A stretch of 64,000 bases of DNA from Chiloscyllium plagiosum (GCF_004010195.1 NC_057750.1:8599524-8663523), one strand, 5' to 3'; positions 35,079 through 46,894 are shown, counted from the stretch's first letter. Numbers and translations: made by a program. Notes: a model not told the origin generated them from the letters alone.

Positions 35079-38000
35079 TATTTTATTTTATAAGCCTCAT
35101 AAGGAAGTTATTAATTCTTTCCAAAAAATCAAAAAGCATTTTAAGATTGTAAACATTCATATGAAAAGGGAACATGTTTATTGGACACATATGTGTTGTA
35201 ATTCTTCATCTGAGAAATTAATATTAATACTTAGACAGGGTAATCACAGGAAGCATGTTCCCGATGACTGTGGAGTCCAGAACTAGCGGTCACTGTCTAA
35301 GGCTATTTAGAACTGGGATGAGGAGAAATGTCTTCACCCAGAAACTGCCACAGAAATTGGTCAAGGCCTAACATTGAAAGTTTTCAAGAAGACGTTAGGT
35401 ATAGTTCTTAGGGCTAAAGGGATCAAAGAGTATGGGGACAAAGCAAGAACAAGGTCCTGAGTTGGATGATCAGCCATGATCACAGTAAATGGCAGAAAAG
35501 GCTTGAAGGTCTGAATGGCCTACTCCTGGTCTTATTTTCTATGTTTCTAAAGTTCAACCAATTCTCTATCCAGAGGAAACAGTCTCTTAGCATCTGAATG
35601 ATTTAGTTAACTATTTAAATAGGAGTTCAAATTCCACAATGGCATTTTGGAAGAATTTACATTCAGAGGCTATCATGGTACAGTAGTGACGATGTTTAAT
35701 CTGGTTTAAGAAGCTTGGGTTCATGTCACATCCGCTGCAGAGGTATGTCATAACACAACTGAGCAGGTTGATTAAAATAGCTATAAAACAGAAGATAGTG
35801 GAACAGTATATTTTTTTCATGAAACACAGGGAATGCAGGACAGGCTCAGCAGGTCTAATGGCAACTGTATAACCATTGACAATGGCCATAATAAACCTTC
35901 TGGTTTACTAATGTCCTTGAGTAAGGAAATATGCTGTCCTTACCTGATCTGCCCTACATGTGACTCCAGGCCGAAAGTAATGTGGTTGACTCTTAACTGC
36001 CCTCTGGGGTAGCTTGAGCCAAGCCTCTCAGTTGAATGGTAATTGGGGCTGGGCAACAAATGCTGGTGCCCCCATCCTATGAAAGGATAAATAAATAAAG
36101 CACGAATCCTGGGTTTTGTGCTTTCACTCACATTTATAAAGCCAGGATTCAATGTGCTTTGTTAATCTATCCCATGCCCTTCAAATATTTTACATACCAA
36201 CTATATTTAAAAACTGGGAAATGAGATACACAGATCCAAGTCATCTTGTTTACTTCAAATTGGAGTACAACCAGAATGTTAATTCGCAATTGTCATTGTT
36301 TTTATTTTTTGAATTTTCCTATTGGGAACCCCCTGTTCCCTGACATTTCCCCCTACCCCATTCAAATGTAATAATTTTTAAATTGTATACCTCTTTCCGA
36401 TTTTTATCTGTTAAACTGTTATCAGTTCATACTCTGGAGTCAAATGAGTACCTGTCGCATATCGTCTTCCTCTCTGTTATATTTCCAAGCCTGGTGTGAA
36501 TTTGCAAAATTGAGCTTGGTGCCCTCATGTCCTAACATGCATTCATGTAAATACAAGTGGCGTAATTAAGAGGATCGGGAGGAGGCAGGTGAGGTGTTGT
36601 GGTGGGATGGGGATGGGGGTAGGTGAGATAGGGCTGATGAAATGCGCTTGGTGCATGCAGTAACTCGCCCATGGAAGGAATATGTAATCGACAATTCTGA
36701 CCTCTAGTTTGGCTGCTTTGCTAGGCGCTGAAGCTGTTCTGGTCCATCCCTGATTTCAGCTAAAGGTCAGGCTTCTTACGATCGGTGACAGCAGTATTGA
36801 TTTTTTCCCTTCGGTGAATGCGGTGCAACACACCTTGAGCTATTGGTTAATGCAGCCCCTGAAATGCTAGCCACCCTTTCTTGCCCATTAAAGCTTCGAC
36901 AAGAAGACAAACTATCTGATTTTCAATTCACGAGCTATCTCTTTGCCTTCCTGCAAAGTCACAGCATCTGTTTTCCCTTCACACTCTTGTCTCCTGTTCA
37001 GAATAAAGAACAACAGCACTAGACTGCTGCTGAGGACAGATATAGGAGACTAAGACAAAAGTGAGATACAGTATTGCAATTGCTGGGAATCTGAAATGGT
37101 AACAGAAAATGGCTGGAAATCTTCAGATCAGGCAGCATCCATGGAGAGAGAAAACAGAATTATGTCCAGTCACAACTTGACAATGGGTAGAATAAAGAAG
37201 TAAATGTTGTGTCTTGACAAGGTGTGAATGGTGACTTAGCAATCATCTAAATAGAACATAAAGGGGTAGGGAAAGATGTAAGAATGTCACAGAATTGTTG
37301 CAGAGCAGAAGGAGGCCATTCAGCCCTTTGTGTCCACACTGGCTCTCTGAATGTGTAATTCCCTTCATGCTTTTTCTCATCTTCTACTCTTAACCCTGCA
37401 TATTCTTCCTTTTCACATAACTCTCAAATTCCTTTTTCAACCTGCCTCAAAGACACTCTCAGGCAGCTTGGTTCAAATGCTGAACCACTCACTGAAATGA
37501 AAACATTTTCTCCTCATCACGTTTTTGCTGCTTTTACTAATTACTTTAAATCTGTGACCTCTCATTCTTGATCCTTTCATGAATGGGAACATTTTCTCCC
37601 CCTCCAGACACCTCATGATGTTGAACTTCACGATCAAATCTTCACTTTGCCTTCTCTTCTCCATGGAGAGCATTCCTAGATTCATAATCTGTATTCATAA
37701 CTGAAATTCCTCTTTCCTTCTCCCAGAATGTATGGAATTCTCCACTCCAGCGAATGGTGGAGGCTAGATAATTGAAAATATTTAAAGAGGAAATAGGTAG
37801 ATTTTTGAAATACTGTGGAGTTGAGGGCAAAGAGGAGCTGATACAAAAGAGAATTTGAGGATTGGGGCAGATCCACCATGATCTTGAATGGTGCGACAGT
37901 CTTGAGGGGCCGAATAGCCTATTCCTGCTCGTATTTGTAATCCCAGTTCACAATAGAGAAAGCAAAAACACATACAGCAAAATGGAGGCAGGGGTAATGA

Positions 38001-39351
38001 TGTAAAATTGTGGAACTAAGTGATGAATGTGTAAATTGCCAGGTGGAAGGATGAAGTTTAATTCCTCAAATTCACAGTGCTAGCTTTCCTGGAATTCTGC
38101 GACAGATCACAGACAGAGAGGCTAGACCATGAACTGCATAAGAAATAGGATGCAGATGTGATCTCGCCAGCCCTGTATACCTGAAGCATAATCTCTCCAC
38201 TTACAATAAATGATTAATTTGATTAATTTTCCTAATTATTTTTAAGGGGGAGTTCTAGAGTTGAGAGCCAAGGTAAGTGAATGCACAAAGGTTAATCACA
38301 AAGTTTGCCAACTTCTAACCTCGAGGAATGTGCAAGAGCTTTAGATCAATTAGCTCTATGCAGTAAACCAACAGAGACAGCTAACGCTAAATATAGAGAC
38401 AAAGTAAGGTGCTACGGAAGATTATCTATGTCCTGCCAGTGTCAATGGGCTGACCTGCCACCCAAGAGGTATGAGGCCAATGGTAGCATCTATGCAGGCC
38501 ATTTGTGGGTAAGATTGATAAATGGAGTGATTTGATTTTTGATTATTGTTCTAACCCTTTGAGAGGGCAAAGAGAGCCAGGGGCTGATTGAGATTTGATA
38601 GCGTGTACTAATCCTATCGTCCAGTCAGGGAGCTGCCCTCAGAGGGGGCCACAAAATGAGAGAGGGCCCATTTTCACAGTAACAAATGTTATAACTTCCT
38701 TCGATTAGCAAATGATTCCAGCTGAGAGCGCGGATTGGGGACTTTATCTGAAGGTGCTAAAATAGGTTGGAATCTTACCAAGAGGTTTAAAGTAGAACTC
38801 AACAGCAGTACAGCTAACAGGTTGGGCTGCTAAAAAGCAGTATCCTCACTTGGCCCATGCCTGTTTCTTTGGCTGAATCCCACCAAGCCACTATCCTATT
38901 CCTTTCAGGGACATGATATGGGTTGTAACAGTGTCTGGGAAGGAAGGCCAGATGGTGGAGGGGCGAGTTAATAGGAGTTCATTCGCCATAGTCCCAGAGA
39001 ACCATGTGGCTGCTCTCTCATTAGAGACAGGTGGTGGTGAGTTTAATATGAGGGTCACCATGCCTCAACCAAGGGACAAAGTTGAGAAGGTAGGACCTTC
39101 ATAGTGATGTTCAAGCAGTTATCACTTACAACTTCCAAGAGGGTATGTCTCCATTGACCCAGATACTTATTCACCATTGATTATGAAGGCAATTGGTTGG
39201 CTGTCAGAGTTGGAGATCCACCAAGAGGCAAGTTGCAGTGCACAGTAAGTAAAAGAGAGGTCCTTTCAATGTAGAATAGACAAACAGGAGGTTAGAAGAA
39301 CACAAAAAGCCAGGCAGCATCAGAAGGTGGAGAGGTCGAAGTCTTGGGTTG

Positions 39352-39753
39352 AGAGTTGAAACTTTATTGCTGGAACAGCACAGCAGGTCAGGCAGCATCC
39401 AGGGAACAGGAGATTCGACGTTTCGGACACAGGCCCTTCTTCAGGAATGAGCAGAGAGTGTTCAGCAGGAGAAGATAAAAGGTAGGGAGGAGGGACTTGG
39501 AGGAGGGGCGTGGGAAATGTGATAGGTGGAAAGAGGTCAAGGTGAGGGTGATAGGTCGGAGGAGACTAACTATCCGTGATCCCAGTCTGGTTCACTGTGA
39601 TCCTGACCTAATTAAATGTGATCCCAGTCTGCTTTACCGTGATCCTGACCTAACTATGCCTGTTTCCCCAATATAGAGGAGGCCACACCGGCTGCAGCGG
39701 ATGCAGTAGATGATGTGGGTGGAGGTGCAGGTGAATCTGTGGCGGATATGGAA
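39352..39753 (-). mobile_element. Non-autonomous PLE derivative (partial GIY-YIG, internal tandem repeat, terminus); same family as 5062-6496
   Basis: 39658-39753(-) encodes FHIRHRFTCTSTHIIYCIRCSRCGLLYIGETG. 39352-39657 is nearly the reverse complement of 6160-6462. Confidence 0.85.
39413..39448 (-). ncRNA. Minimal hammerhead ribozyme motif (PLE terminus)
   Basis: Reverse complement is ATTC CTGAAGA A GGGC CTGT GTCC GAAA C GTC GAAT (one G-U pair in helix II). Confidence 0.75.
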
Positions 39754-39790
39754 CTTCAGCAGCCTCTACCAGTCATGTGAGCACTAGCCC

Positions 39791-39825
39791 TTCCTGAAGA
39801 AGGGCTTATGCCCGAAACGTCGATT
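39791..39825 (+). ncRNA. Minimal hammerhead ribozyme motif in an 88-bp PLE micro-insertion
   Basis: TTC CTGAAGA A GGGC TTAT GCCC GAAA C GTC GATT; core and helix II are intact, helix I is short. Confidence 0.7.
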
Positions 39826-39880
39826 CTCCTGTTCCCTGGATGCTGCCTGACCTGCTGCGCTTTTCCAGCAACACATTTCC
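39793..39880 (+). mobile_element. 88-bp PLE terminal micro-insertion
   Basis: 13-bp TSD AGCACTAGCCCTT at 39780-39792 and 39881-39893; the insert is a hammerhead core plus PLE tail. Confidence 0.85.
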
Positions 39881-39893
39881 AGCACTAGCCCTT

Positions 39894-40168
39894 AAAGACA
39901 AGGGAAGCAGATGAATGGGAACTAACATTTTCTGTTAGTTCCCTCTGAGCCATTCACCATCTTCATTTGGAAATATATCACCATTCCTTAAGTGTCACAA
40001 GGTCAAAATTCTGGAACTCCTTCCTAACAGTACTGTAGGTGTCCTTACACCACATGGACTGCAGTTGCTCAAGAAGACAGTTCAGCACCACCTTCTCCAG
40101 GGCACCTAGGAAAGGACATTAAATCCTAGCCTCACCAGCGATGCCCATGTCCCAAGTGCAGTGAAAAC
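39894..40168 (+). mobile_element. LINE-like 3' fragment sharing its tail with SINE family 'B'
   Basis: ttggaaatatatcaccattcctt...ctggaactccttcctaacag...caccaccttctccagggca...ccagcgatgcccatgtccca. Other copies at about 645-820(+), 11212-11430(-), 28715-28897(-) and 61510-61740(-). Confidence 0.65.
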
Positions 40169-41337
40169 AAAATCCTAAACTGTGATGTCTGAAGTGTGAG
40201 AGGCAGTGCTTGTGACATTAGCAAAAAGATAACTTGATGCACGATTTGCATTTATAGAAAGTGTTAACACACATTTCAATGTACTAGAGAGATGCCATAT
40301 AAGGACAGATGGTCAAAGAGATTGGTTTCAAGAAGAAGCTTAAAGAAGAGGAAGGAGAGTTGGTGGGACAAGTAATTCCATGGCTTCGGACTCAGGATGC
40401 TGAAGACATGGCTCTCAAAAGTGGAGCGATTAAAATCCTAGGGAATGTTCCAGAAGGTCAGAATTGGAGGGATGTAGAGATCTTAAAGAATTAGTGAATT
40501 GGAGGGGGTTACAGAGGTAGCTAGATGAAGACATTTGAAAGCACTACATGAGTAATTTTGTAAAAAAATTAGTAAATAGATCTCAGGGATGGTAACATTC
40601 TGATGATTAAAAAAATTGGTTTAAAAATTCATCTGGTTTATTAATGCCCTTCCTGACCTAGTCCAGTCTACATATGACTCCAGACTCTCAGCAATATGGT
40701 TGACTCTTAACCGCCCTCTGAAGCAACGTTGGCAAGTCACTCAGTTCAAGGGCAATTGGGAATGGGTGATGAATGGTGGCCTTGGCAGCGTTGCTCACTT
40801 ACCATGAAAGAATAAAGGATAAAAATTCACTACCTCTGCCACTGACGTAAAATCTGTGATGGGGTTATCTATGATATTCTCTACATCTTTGAAAACAGAG
40901 CACAGCATGAACAGGGCAATAAGTCCATTTTACTTCTTCTCATTGAGAAGCAGGGCAGCCGTTAAAACCGATTCTGCTATTTAATCATCTCTCTTTATTA
41001 AAGCTGCAAACTGACACCATCCCAGATTTGACATTTCCAATACTCCCAATGCAGCACAGTGCAGTAAAAGCTTCTTCTCTGAAAATAAGGAAGCTTGTTT
41101 TGCAAAATTAGCTTGCACAGAACATGTGATGGAAGTGGGTGAATGCTGGGGCTGGCTTTCTTTGGAGCCTTGCTCCATGCTTTAAATTGCCATTTTAGTT
41201 CTTCCTTGAACTGTCCCTTTTTTTAATGACATCATCTCTGCAGCACAGAACAGACCATTCGGCCCAATGTTGGCCTGTGTTCATGCTCTGGGCGAGCTTT
41301 CTCCCATCCCTCTTTGTCTCACACAATAACAGTGAAA

Positions 41338-41630
41338 CAAAGAAGGACTTGCATTTGCATAGCAACTTCCCTCATCACCAGCATTCCAAAAAGAAACACT
41401 TTATTGAAGTATTGTCACTCCTGTAATGCAACAAATGCAGCTGCAAATTTGTGCACAGCAAGCTTCAAAAACGGCCATGTGATAATACCCTGTTTTAGCA
41501 CTGTTGGCCAGGACGTAAGGAGAACTTCCCTGGTCTTTTACATTCACCTGAAAGGCAGACGGGGCTTCCGTTTAATGTTTTATCTGGGTAAAACAGCACC
41601 TCTAACGGAGCATCACTCCCTCATTGAAGT
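41338..41630 (-). mobile_element. Deu-domain SINE
   Basis: Reverse-complement homolog; further partial copies at about 9365-9520(+), 31530-31810(+), 49225-49410(-), 55545-55790(-) and 56660-56850(+). Confidence 0.7.
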
Positions 41631-41919
41631 CACAGAATCTTCAATTTCTTTCTTGCTCATATCCTTCAATTTCGTCCTTGCTCATATGTAGCTCCCCCTT
41701 AAATGCATTTATGCTATTCATCTGTGGCAGAGAGTTTCACCCCCTTCTTTGGGAAAGGGGATTTTTCTTGAATCTGTAACTCTTGGAATCCACTTGAACC
41801 TATTGACCAATCAGCAATTATCTCAAACTATCATGTGCTGATTACTTAGTCACTTCTAGTGTGTGTTTTCTGCATTTTTTTTTGCCAACACCCATGTTTG
41901 GCCACTCTTTGTTGGATGT

Positions 41920-42447
41920 CGGCTGTGGTTCAGTGGTTAGCAGTCTTGCCTGTGGGTCAGAATTGTATTGGATCAATCCAATTCCAGAATGTTGACCAAA
42001 AAATCCCCCAGTTGGTGCACCCATTCCATGCTGAGGGAGTGCTACACTCTTGGTGGTGCTGCCTTTTACAACAAACTTTAAACCGAGGCCTCGCTTGCAT
42101 TTTCAGGTGTCCTCACCAGTATTTATCCTTCAAATAATATCACAGTCACAAATATTAAAAAGAGGAAGTGCTGGCAAAACAGAGTTCTGAGGAAAGACCA
42201 TAGTGGACTTGAAACAGTAACATTGTTCCTCTCTCCACACCTGCTGCCAGACCTGCTGAATCTCTCCAGCCCTTTCTATTTTTATTTCAGATCTCCAACA
42301 TCCGCAGTGTTTTGCTTTTGGGCGTTCAGTACTTTGTAAATTGGTTGCTATATTTCCTACATTACAACAATAACAGTACTTTATTGGTTGTAGAGTACTT
42401 CGAGACATATTGAGTTTGAGAAAAGGCACGTTATAAATGCAAGTTCT
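41920..42447 (+). mobile_element. Deu-domain SINE interrupted by a PLE fragment
   Basis: ggctgtggttcagtggttagc head, tgctgagggagtgctacact...ttaaaccgaggcc and tail ttataaatgcaag. Confidence 0.72.
42160..42322 (+). mobile_element. Older PLE terminal fragment inserted in a Deu-SINE
   Basis: GTT-CTGAGGA...GAAA-CAGT-AAC decayed hammerhead followed by the tail ctgccagacctgctgaatctctccagc...ccaacatccgcagtgttttgctttt. Confidence 0.55.
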
Positions 42448-43442
42448 ACCTGCAGTTTTTTCTATTGATGGCCATTTTTTAGGTCAAGGTGAGGGAATTC
42501 AATAATGTGAGAGAGAACCATTGGAACCAAGATATTAATGATGGGCACATGGAAGTATGAGGAACTCTGGAACTGTGCATTGCCAGGGAAGGGAGTGAGT
42601 GTTGAAAATGATAGATGGGGAGTCAATCAGCGGACTGCTTGGTCCTGGATGGCGTTGAGCTTCTGGAGTGTTGTTGGTGCTGTTTCATCCAGGCAGTGCA
42701 GAATATTCCCTTATGCTGCCGATTCCTGATCTTGATTAAAGGATAATTAATTGACCCTGGACAGTGGTAGAACGCCTCTGCTCTTCTTCAAAATGCTACA
42801 CAGGATCTGTGTTTTAATATTGTATTCAAAAGACTATGCAGTATTGAATTTATCAATGTGACATTTATTGAATGTATGATGTTCTTGAAAATTTATAACA
42901 TATAAAGTGGCCATTCAGTCCATTATCTCTTTGCTAGAGGGTTCCAAAACAAAATTCATGTTTTATTCCATTAACTGTGAAAGATTAAGGGGTGATCTAA
43001 TCACTGATTAATATGAGAAAAAAACATTCTGGAGATTTGTGATATTTTTGTAGGAACGACTAAAGCAGTGATGAAGAGTTAAAAATTTCCTGTGTGACGG
43101 AGGCAGAGTTCCAAGAAAGAGGGCACAGATTAGAGTTGAGTCATTCAGTAGTGAAATTAGGAAGTGTGTTTGGGCACAAAAAGATGGCAGAAATTTGTAA
43201 CCCTTTTGTAAACGGATTATTTTTAATTCACTTATGGAATGTGGGCATTTTTGGCTGGCCATCATTTATCACACATCCCAAGTTGCTCTGGAGAATGTGA
43301 TGGGTGATGGTGGAATATTAGTGAACATTTCTTTCTTTTCCATGTCAACAGATGTGAACTGAGTAATCCTTAAGTGGTCAAAAAGCATTTCAAAATAGCA
43401 AACTGTTTAACTTTAATTTCTTTTCTTGCTTTTCTTCTGCAG

Positions 43443-43532
43443 TCCTTGGATGGTTTTATTTTTGCACTAAATCGAGAAGGGAAATTTTTGTACATCTCTG
43501 AAACTGTCTCCATCTACCTGGGACTGTCGCAG
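43443..43532 (+). CDS. NPAS1/NPAS3: Internal coding exon (90 bp, phase 0/0) of a neuronal PAS domain bHLH-PAS transcription factor, PAS-A region; paralog (NPAS1 vs NPAS3) unresolved
   Basis: Translates to [30 protein letters not shown], 28/30 identical to the NPAS1/NPAS3 segment [30 protein letters not shown] as I recall it. It is preceded by a polypyrimidine tract and acceptor (tttcttttcttgcttttcttctgcAG, AG at 43441-43442) and followed by a CAG|GTAGGA donor at 43533. The ORF-track entry 43374..43742 is this exon plus intron read-through. Confidence 0.93.
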
Positions 43533-43567
43533 GTAGGAGAAATACTGTTAGTCTCATTCCTTCTTAG

Positions 43568-43889
43568 TAGAGTTGCCAACTCTCCAACATTGGCCTGGAG
43601 TCACCTGGGACTGAAGACACTGCCATGTAAAACCCTGGAGAAAAATAATAACAGGGATATTCATTTTATTGTCATCTGCTTTGAACAATTTTCTTTACTA
43701 GTTATAAAAACAATTGAAAATGGGAAAAAGAAGGTTGTTTGACTGACTGTCAAGCATCATCCAATTGGATAATGAATCTTTTTGCTTTCTGATTGGTCTG
43801 AGAAGACATTGCATGCTAGAAGCTGGAGGAAGGGCCAAGTCATGTAATGACGCCTCCAGGAATAGGTTTAATCAAAGTTGGCAACCCTA
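43568..43889. mobile_element. Non-autonomous DNA transposon (MITE-like) with 13-bp TIRs
   Basis: TAGAGTTGCCAAC (43568-43580) and GTTGGCAACCCTA (43877-43889), 1 mismatch. A decayed relative lies at about 31200-31450. Confidence 0.65.
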
Positions 43890-43929
43890 CGTTTTAATGC
43901 AGTCGTCAAATGTTCCCAATGCAGCAGTA

Positions 43930-44375
43930 TTGATTGATTGATTTGATTTATTGTCACGTGTACCTAAGTACAGTGAAAAGCTTTGTTTGCTTTGTAAGCA
44001 AGGACATACAGATCTCACAGACAGAGTGAGACATACAGGTTACATTGCACAGGATGTGTGCGAGGCAAGGCAAAGTTAACAACATCAATGTTATTCATCA
44101 GTTTAATAACAGCAAGGAAGAAGCTCTTCTTGAACCTATTGTCACGTGTGTTTGTAGACCAGCATTATGTGGGTGGGATGGGTCGTTGTTGATGTTGGCA
44201 GTCTTTCCGTAGCAATGAGAGGTGTAAATGGAGTCCATGGATGAGAGGTTGGCTTCTGTGATAGTTTGCGCCGGGCACCAAACTTTCTGTTATTTCTTAT
44301 GGTCCTGGGCAGAGTGCTGCCATACCAGGCACCTGGAAAGTATGCTTTCTGTGGTGCATCTGTAAAAGTTGTTAT
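43930..44375 (-). mobile_element. Rex1/Babar-like LINE 3' fragment
   Basis: The minus strand shows FYRCT-E.../AWYG and RFKKSFFLAVIKL-like C-terminal motifs, ending in gtgacaataaatcaaatcaatcaatca. Confidence 0.65.
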
Positions 44376-44692
44376 TCCTTGCACCTCTGCCCCATCTTTG
44401 ATTATCTCCCAAAGCCACTGATGCAAATTCAGATGACACATAGCCTCACCTGAAGCTCAAGTACAAGAGAGCCCCTGGTAAGATAAACACGAGGCAGTCA
44501 GATATTACAGCTTCAACACCTGTTCATTTCAGAGCAAGAGGTGGTTATTGAAGATTGCGGAGTCCAAAACCAGAGGCCACAGTCTAAGGATACACGGTAG
44601 GCCATTTAAAATGAAGAACAAGGAGAAATGTTTTCACCGAGGGAGTGGGGAGCCTGTGGAAGTCTCTGCCACAGGAAGTGGTTGTGGCCAAA

Positions 44693-45009
44693 AGATTAGA
44701 TTACCTACAGTGTAGAAACAGGCCCTTCGGTCCAACCAGTCCACACCGACCCTCCAAAGAGTAACCGACACAGACCCACTTCCCTCTGACTAATACACCT
44801 AACACTATGGGCAATTTAGCATGGCCAATTCACCTGACCTGCACATCTTTGGATTGTGGGAGGAAACCGGAGCACCGGAGGAAACCCACGCAGATACGGG
44901 GAGAATGTGCAAAACTCCACACAAACTGGAATCGAATCCAAGGCTGGAATTGAACCTGGGACCTTGGTGCTGTGAGGCAGTAGTGCTAACCACTGAGCTA
45001 CCGTGCCAC
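44693..45009 (-). mobile_element. HE1-type V-SINE inserted in an older CR1-like 3' fragment (about 44555-45195)
   Basis: Reverse-complement homolog of 25173-25500; the flanks continue a sequence similar to 35250-35548. Confidence 0.9.
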
Positions 45010-46104
45010 TCCCAACATTGTATGTTTTCAAGTATGAGTTCGATATAGGTCTTAGGGTTAGAAGAATCAAAGGGTATGGGGACAATGTGGAAACAGGGGA
45101 TTGAATTGGATGATCAGCCATGATCATATTGAATGGGGAGCAGGCTTGAAAGGCCAACCAGCCTACCCGTGCTCCTATTTTCTATGTTTCTATGTTTCCC
45201 CCTGGCCTGGGGAGGGAGGAGGCTCTGCAACCTGGGGAACAGTATTAGAAAAAGAGGGTGGCTATTGAGAACTGAGATGAGGAGGAATTTCTTCACTCAA
45301 AGGGTGATGAATGTTTGGAATTCTCTACTGCTCAGTTTGACCAGTCAGTGAACATGCTCCTTGGAGACAGGCCCGCTTGGAGTTGGGTTAATCCCACTGG
45401 TAGCAGGCCAAGATCTTATTCATTTAATTAGTTACTTAACAAGTCCTACTGCCCTCAACCCATAGAAACATGGAATATAGGAACAAGACTAGGACTTTCA
45501 GTTCTTTAATCCTGCTCATGTTTCTTTGTTTTTCTGGTTTTATTTCAATATTTCTATCTTTGTATTTTAAGGAGGTGGTGGCCTACTGGAAATGTCACTA
45601 GATTAGTCATTTGGAGGCTCTGCAAATGCTTTGGTGACACAGGTTCTAGACCATGAAGTTAGACTCAGTGATCATGTCAACTATCATCAGTTGTCTTGAA
45701 ATCCCATCTAAAGCCCTTTTGGGAGGAGAATCTGCTATCCTTACCCATGACTCCAGCCTACATGTGACTCCAGGCTCTAAGCAGCGTGGTTGATTCTTAA
45801 CTGCCCTCTGAAATAGCTGAGCAAGACACTCAATTCTGGATAATTAGGGATGTGCAACAAGTAAATAAATGCCTACATCCCAAGAAAGAATAAGAAAGTA
45901 AAGCTCCTCAAATCTATTCCAACTCTCCATAAGATCATGGCTCATCTGCACCCTAACTCCGTACACTTGCCCTTGCCTCGTATCCCTTTGGCTAACAATA
46001 TCATTCAATTTAGATTTGTAGTTCACAATTGATTGAGCGCCAGTTGCTGTTTGCGGAGGAAAATTCTAAGCGTGTATCGAACAGTTTCCCAACTTCACTC
46101 CGAA

Positions 46105-46252
46105 AGAACTGTGGCTGCTTGAAATCAGAAACAAAAATAGAAATTGTTGGGAAAGCTCAACAGGTCCAAGGAAGGGTCACTGGACCCAAAACGTTAACTC
46201 TGTTTTCTCGCTAGACCTGTTGAGCATTTCCAGCAATTTCTGTTTTTATTTC
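46105..46252. mobile_element. Older foldback PLE-terminus fragment with a decayed hammerhead
   Basis: Inverted arms (aaacaaaaatagaaattgttgggaaagctcaacaggtc / gacctgttgagcatttccagcaatttctgtttttattt) surround CCAAGGA-A-GGGTC-ACTG-GACCC-AAAA-CGTT-AAC. A related copy lies at about 34153-34315. Confidence 0.6.
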
Positions 46253-46894
46253 ACTCCTGAAAGATATGGCTCTATGTTTTTGACTGTGTCTCTCCGTCTC
46301 AGACAGCTCAACCAGTGGAACAGTCTCTATATTTACCCTGTCCTTTCTCTTTAATAACACTTGTAAAAATCTCCAATCAAATCACTCCCCAACGTTTTGA
46401 AACCCGGGTTTGTGTGACCATTGTTCATTATGTAATCCATGATGCCATGGGGGACTTACTCAAAAGATCAGCAATTAAGGCCCTTAATTGTAAAATAATG
46501 GCCACTGAAGGGCCTGAACCCGCCACCTGCCTCGTAGATGGCTCGCTGTCATGTAAGAAATGTGTCTCGCATCCCAACTGCTTGCCTGTTATGGTCAGTG
46601 TTGAGGGCCTCCAAGTGCCTCAGTCTGGGAGCAGTTGGAGATACAGAAGACAGGCAAGGAGTCAGTGAATACAGATCCCCGAAGGTGAGTGATGGTCGCT
46701 TGCTGAGTTTAATGTACTTAGCTCCAGATCTCAGTCTGTTGACAGTCAGGAGGTGTGGGTTTGCTGATGTGACACCATCATGCTGTGGTCCATTTGTCCA
46801 GGTAAAGTCAGGTCATAGCTATAAATTACAAGATGGTTTCCTGGGAATTGAAGATCACTATTCTCAATTTCAAAGTGCGTTACCATTCCAAGTG

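Noticed and set aside
43374..43742. 122-aa ORF as a complete gene
   Set aside because: Only 43443-43532 is homologous and bounded by splice sites; the rest is intron and MITE read-through.
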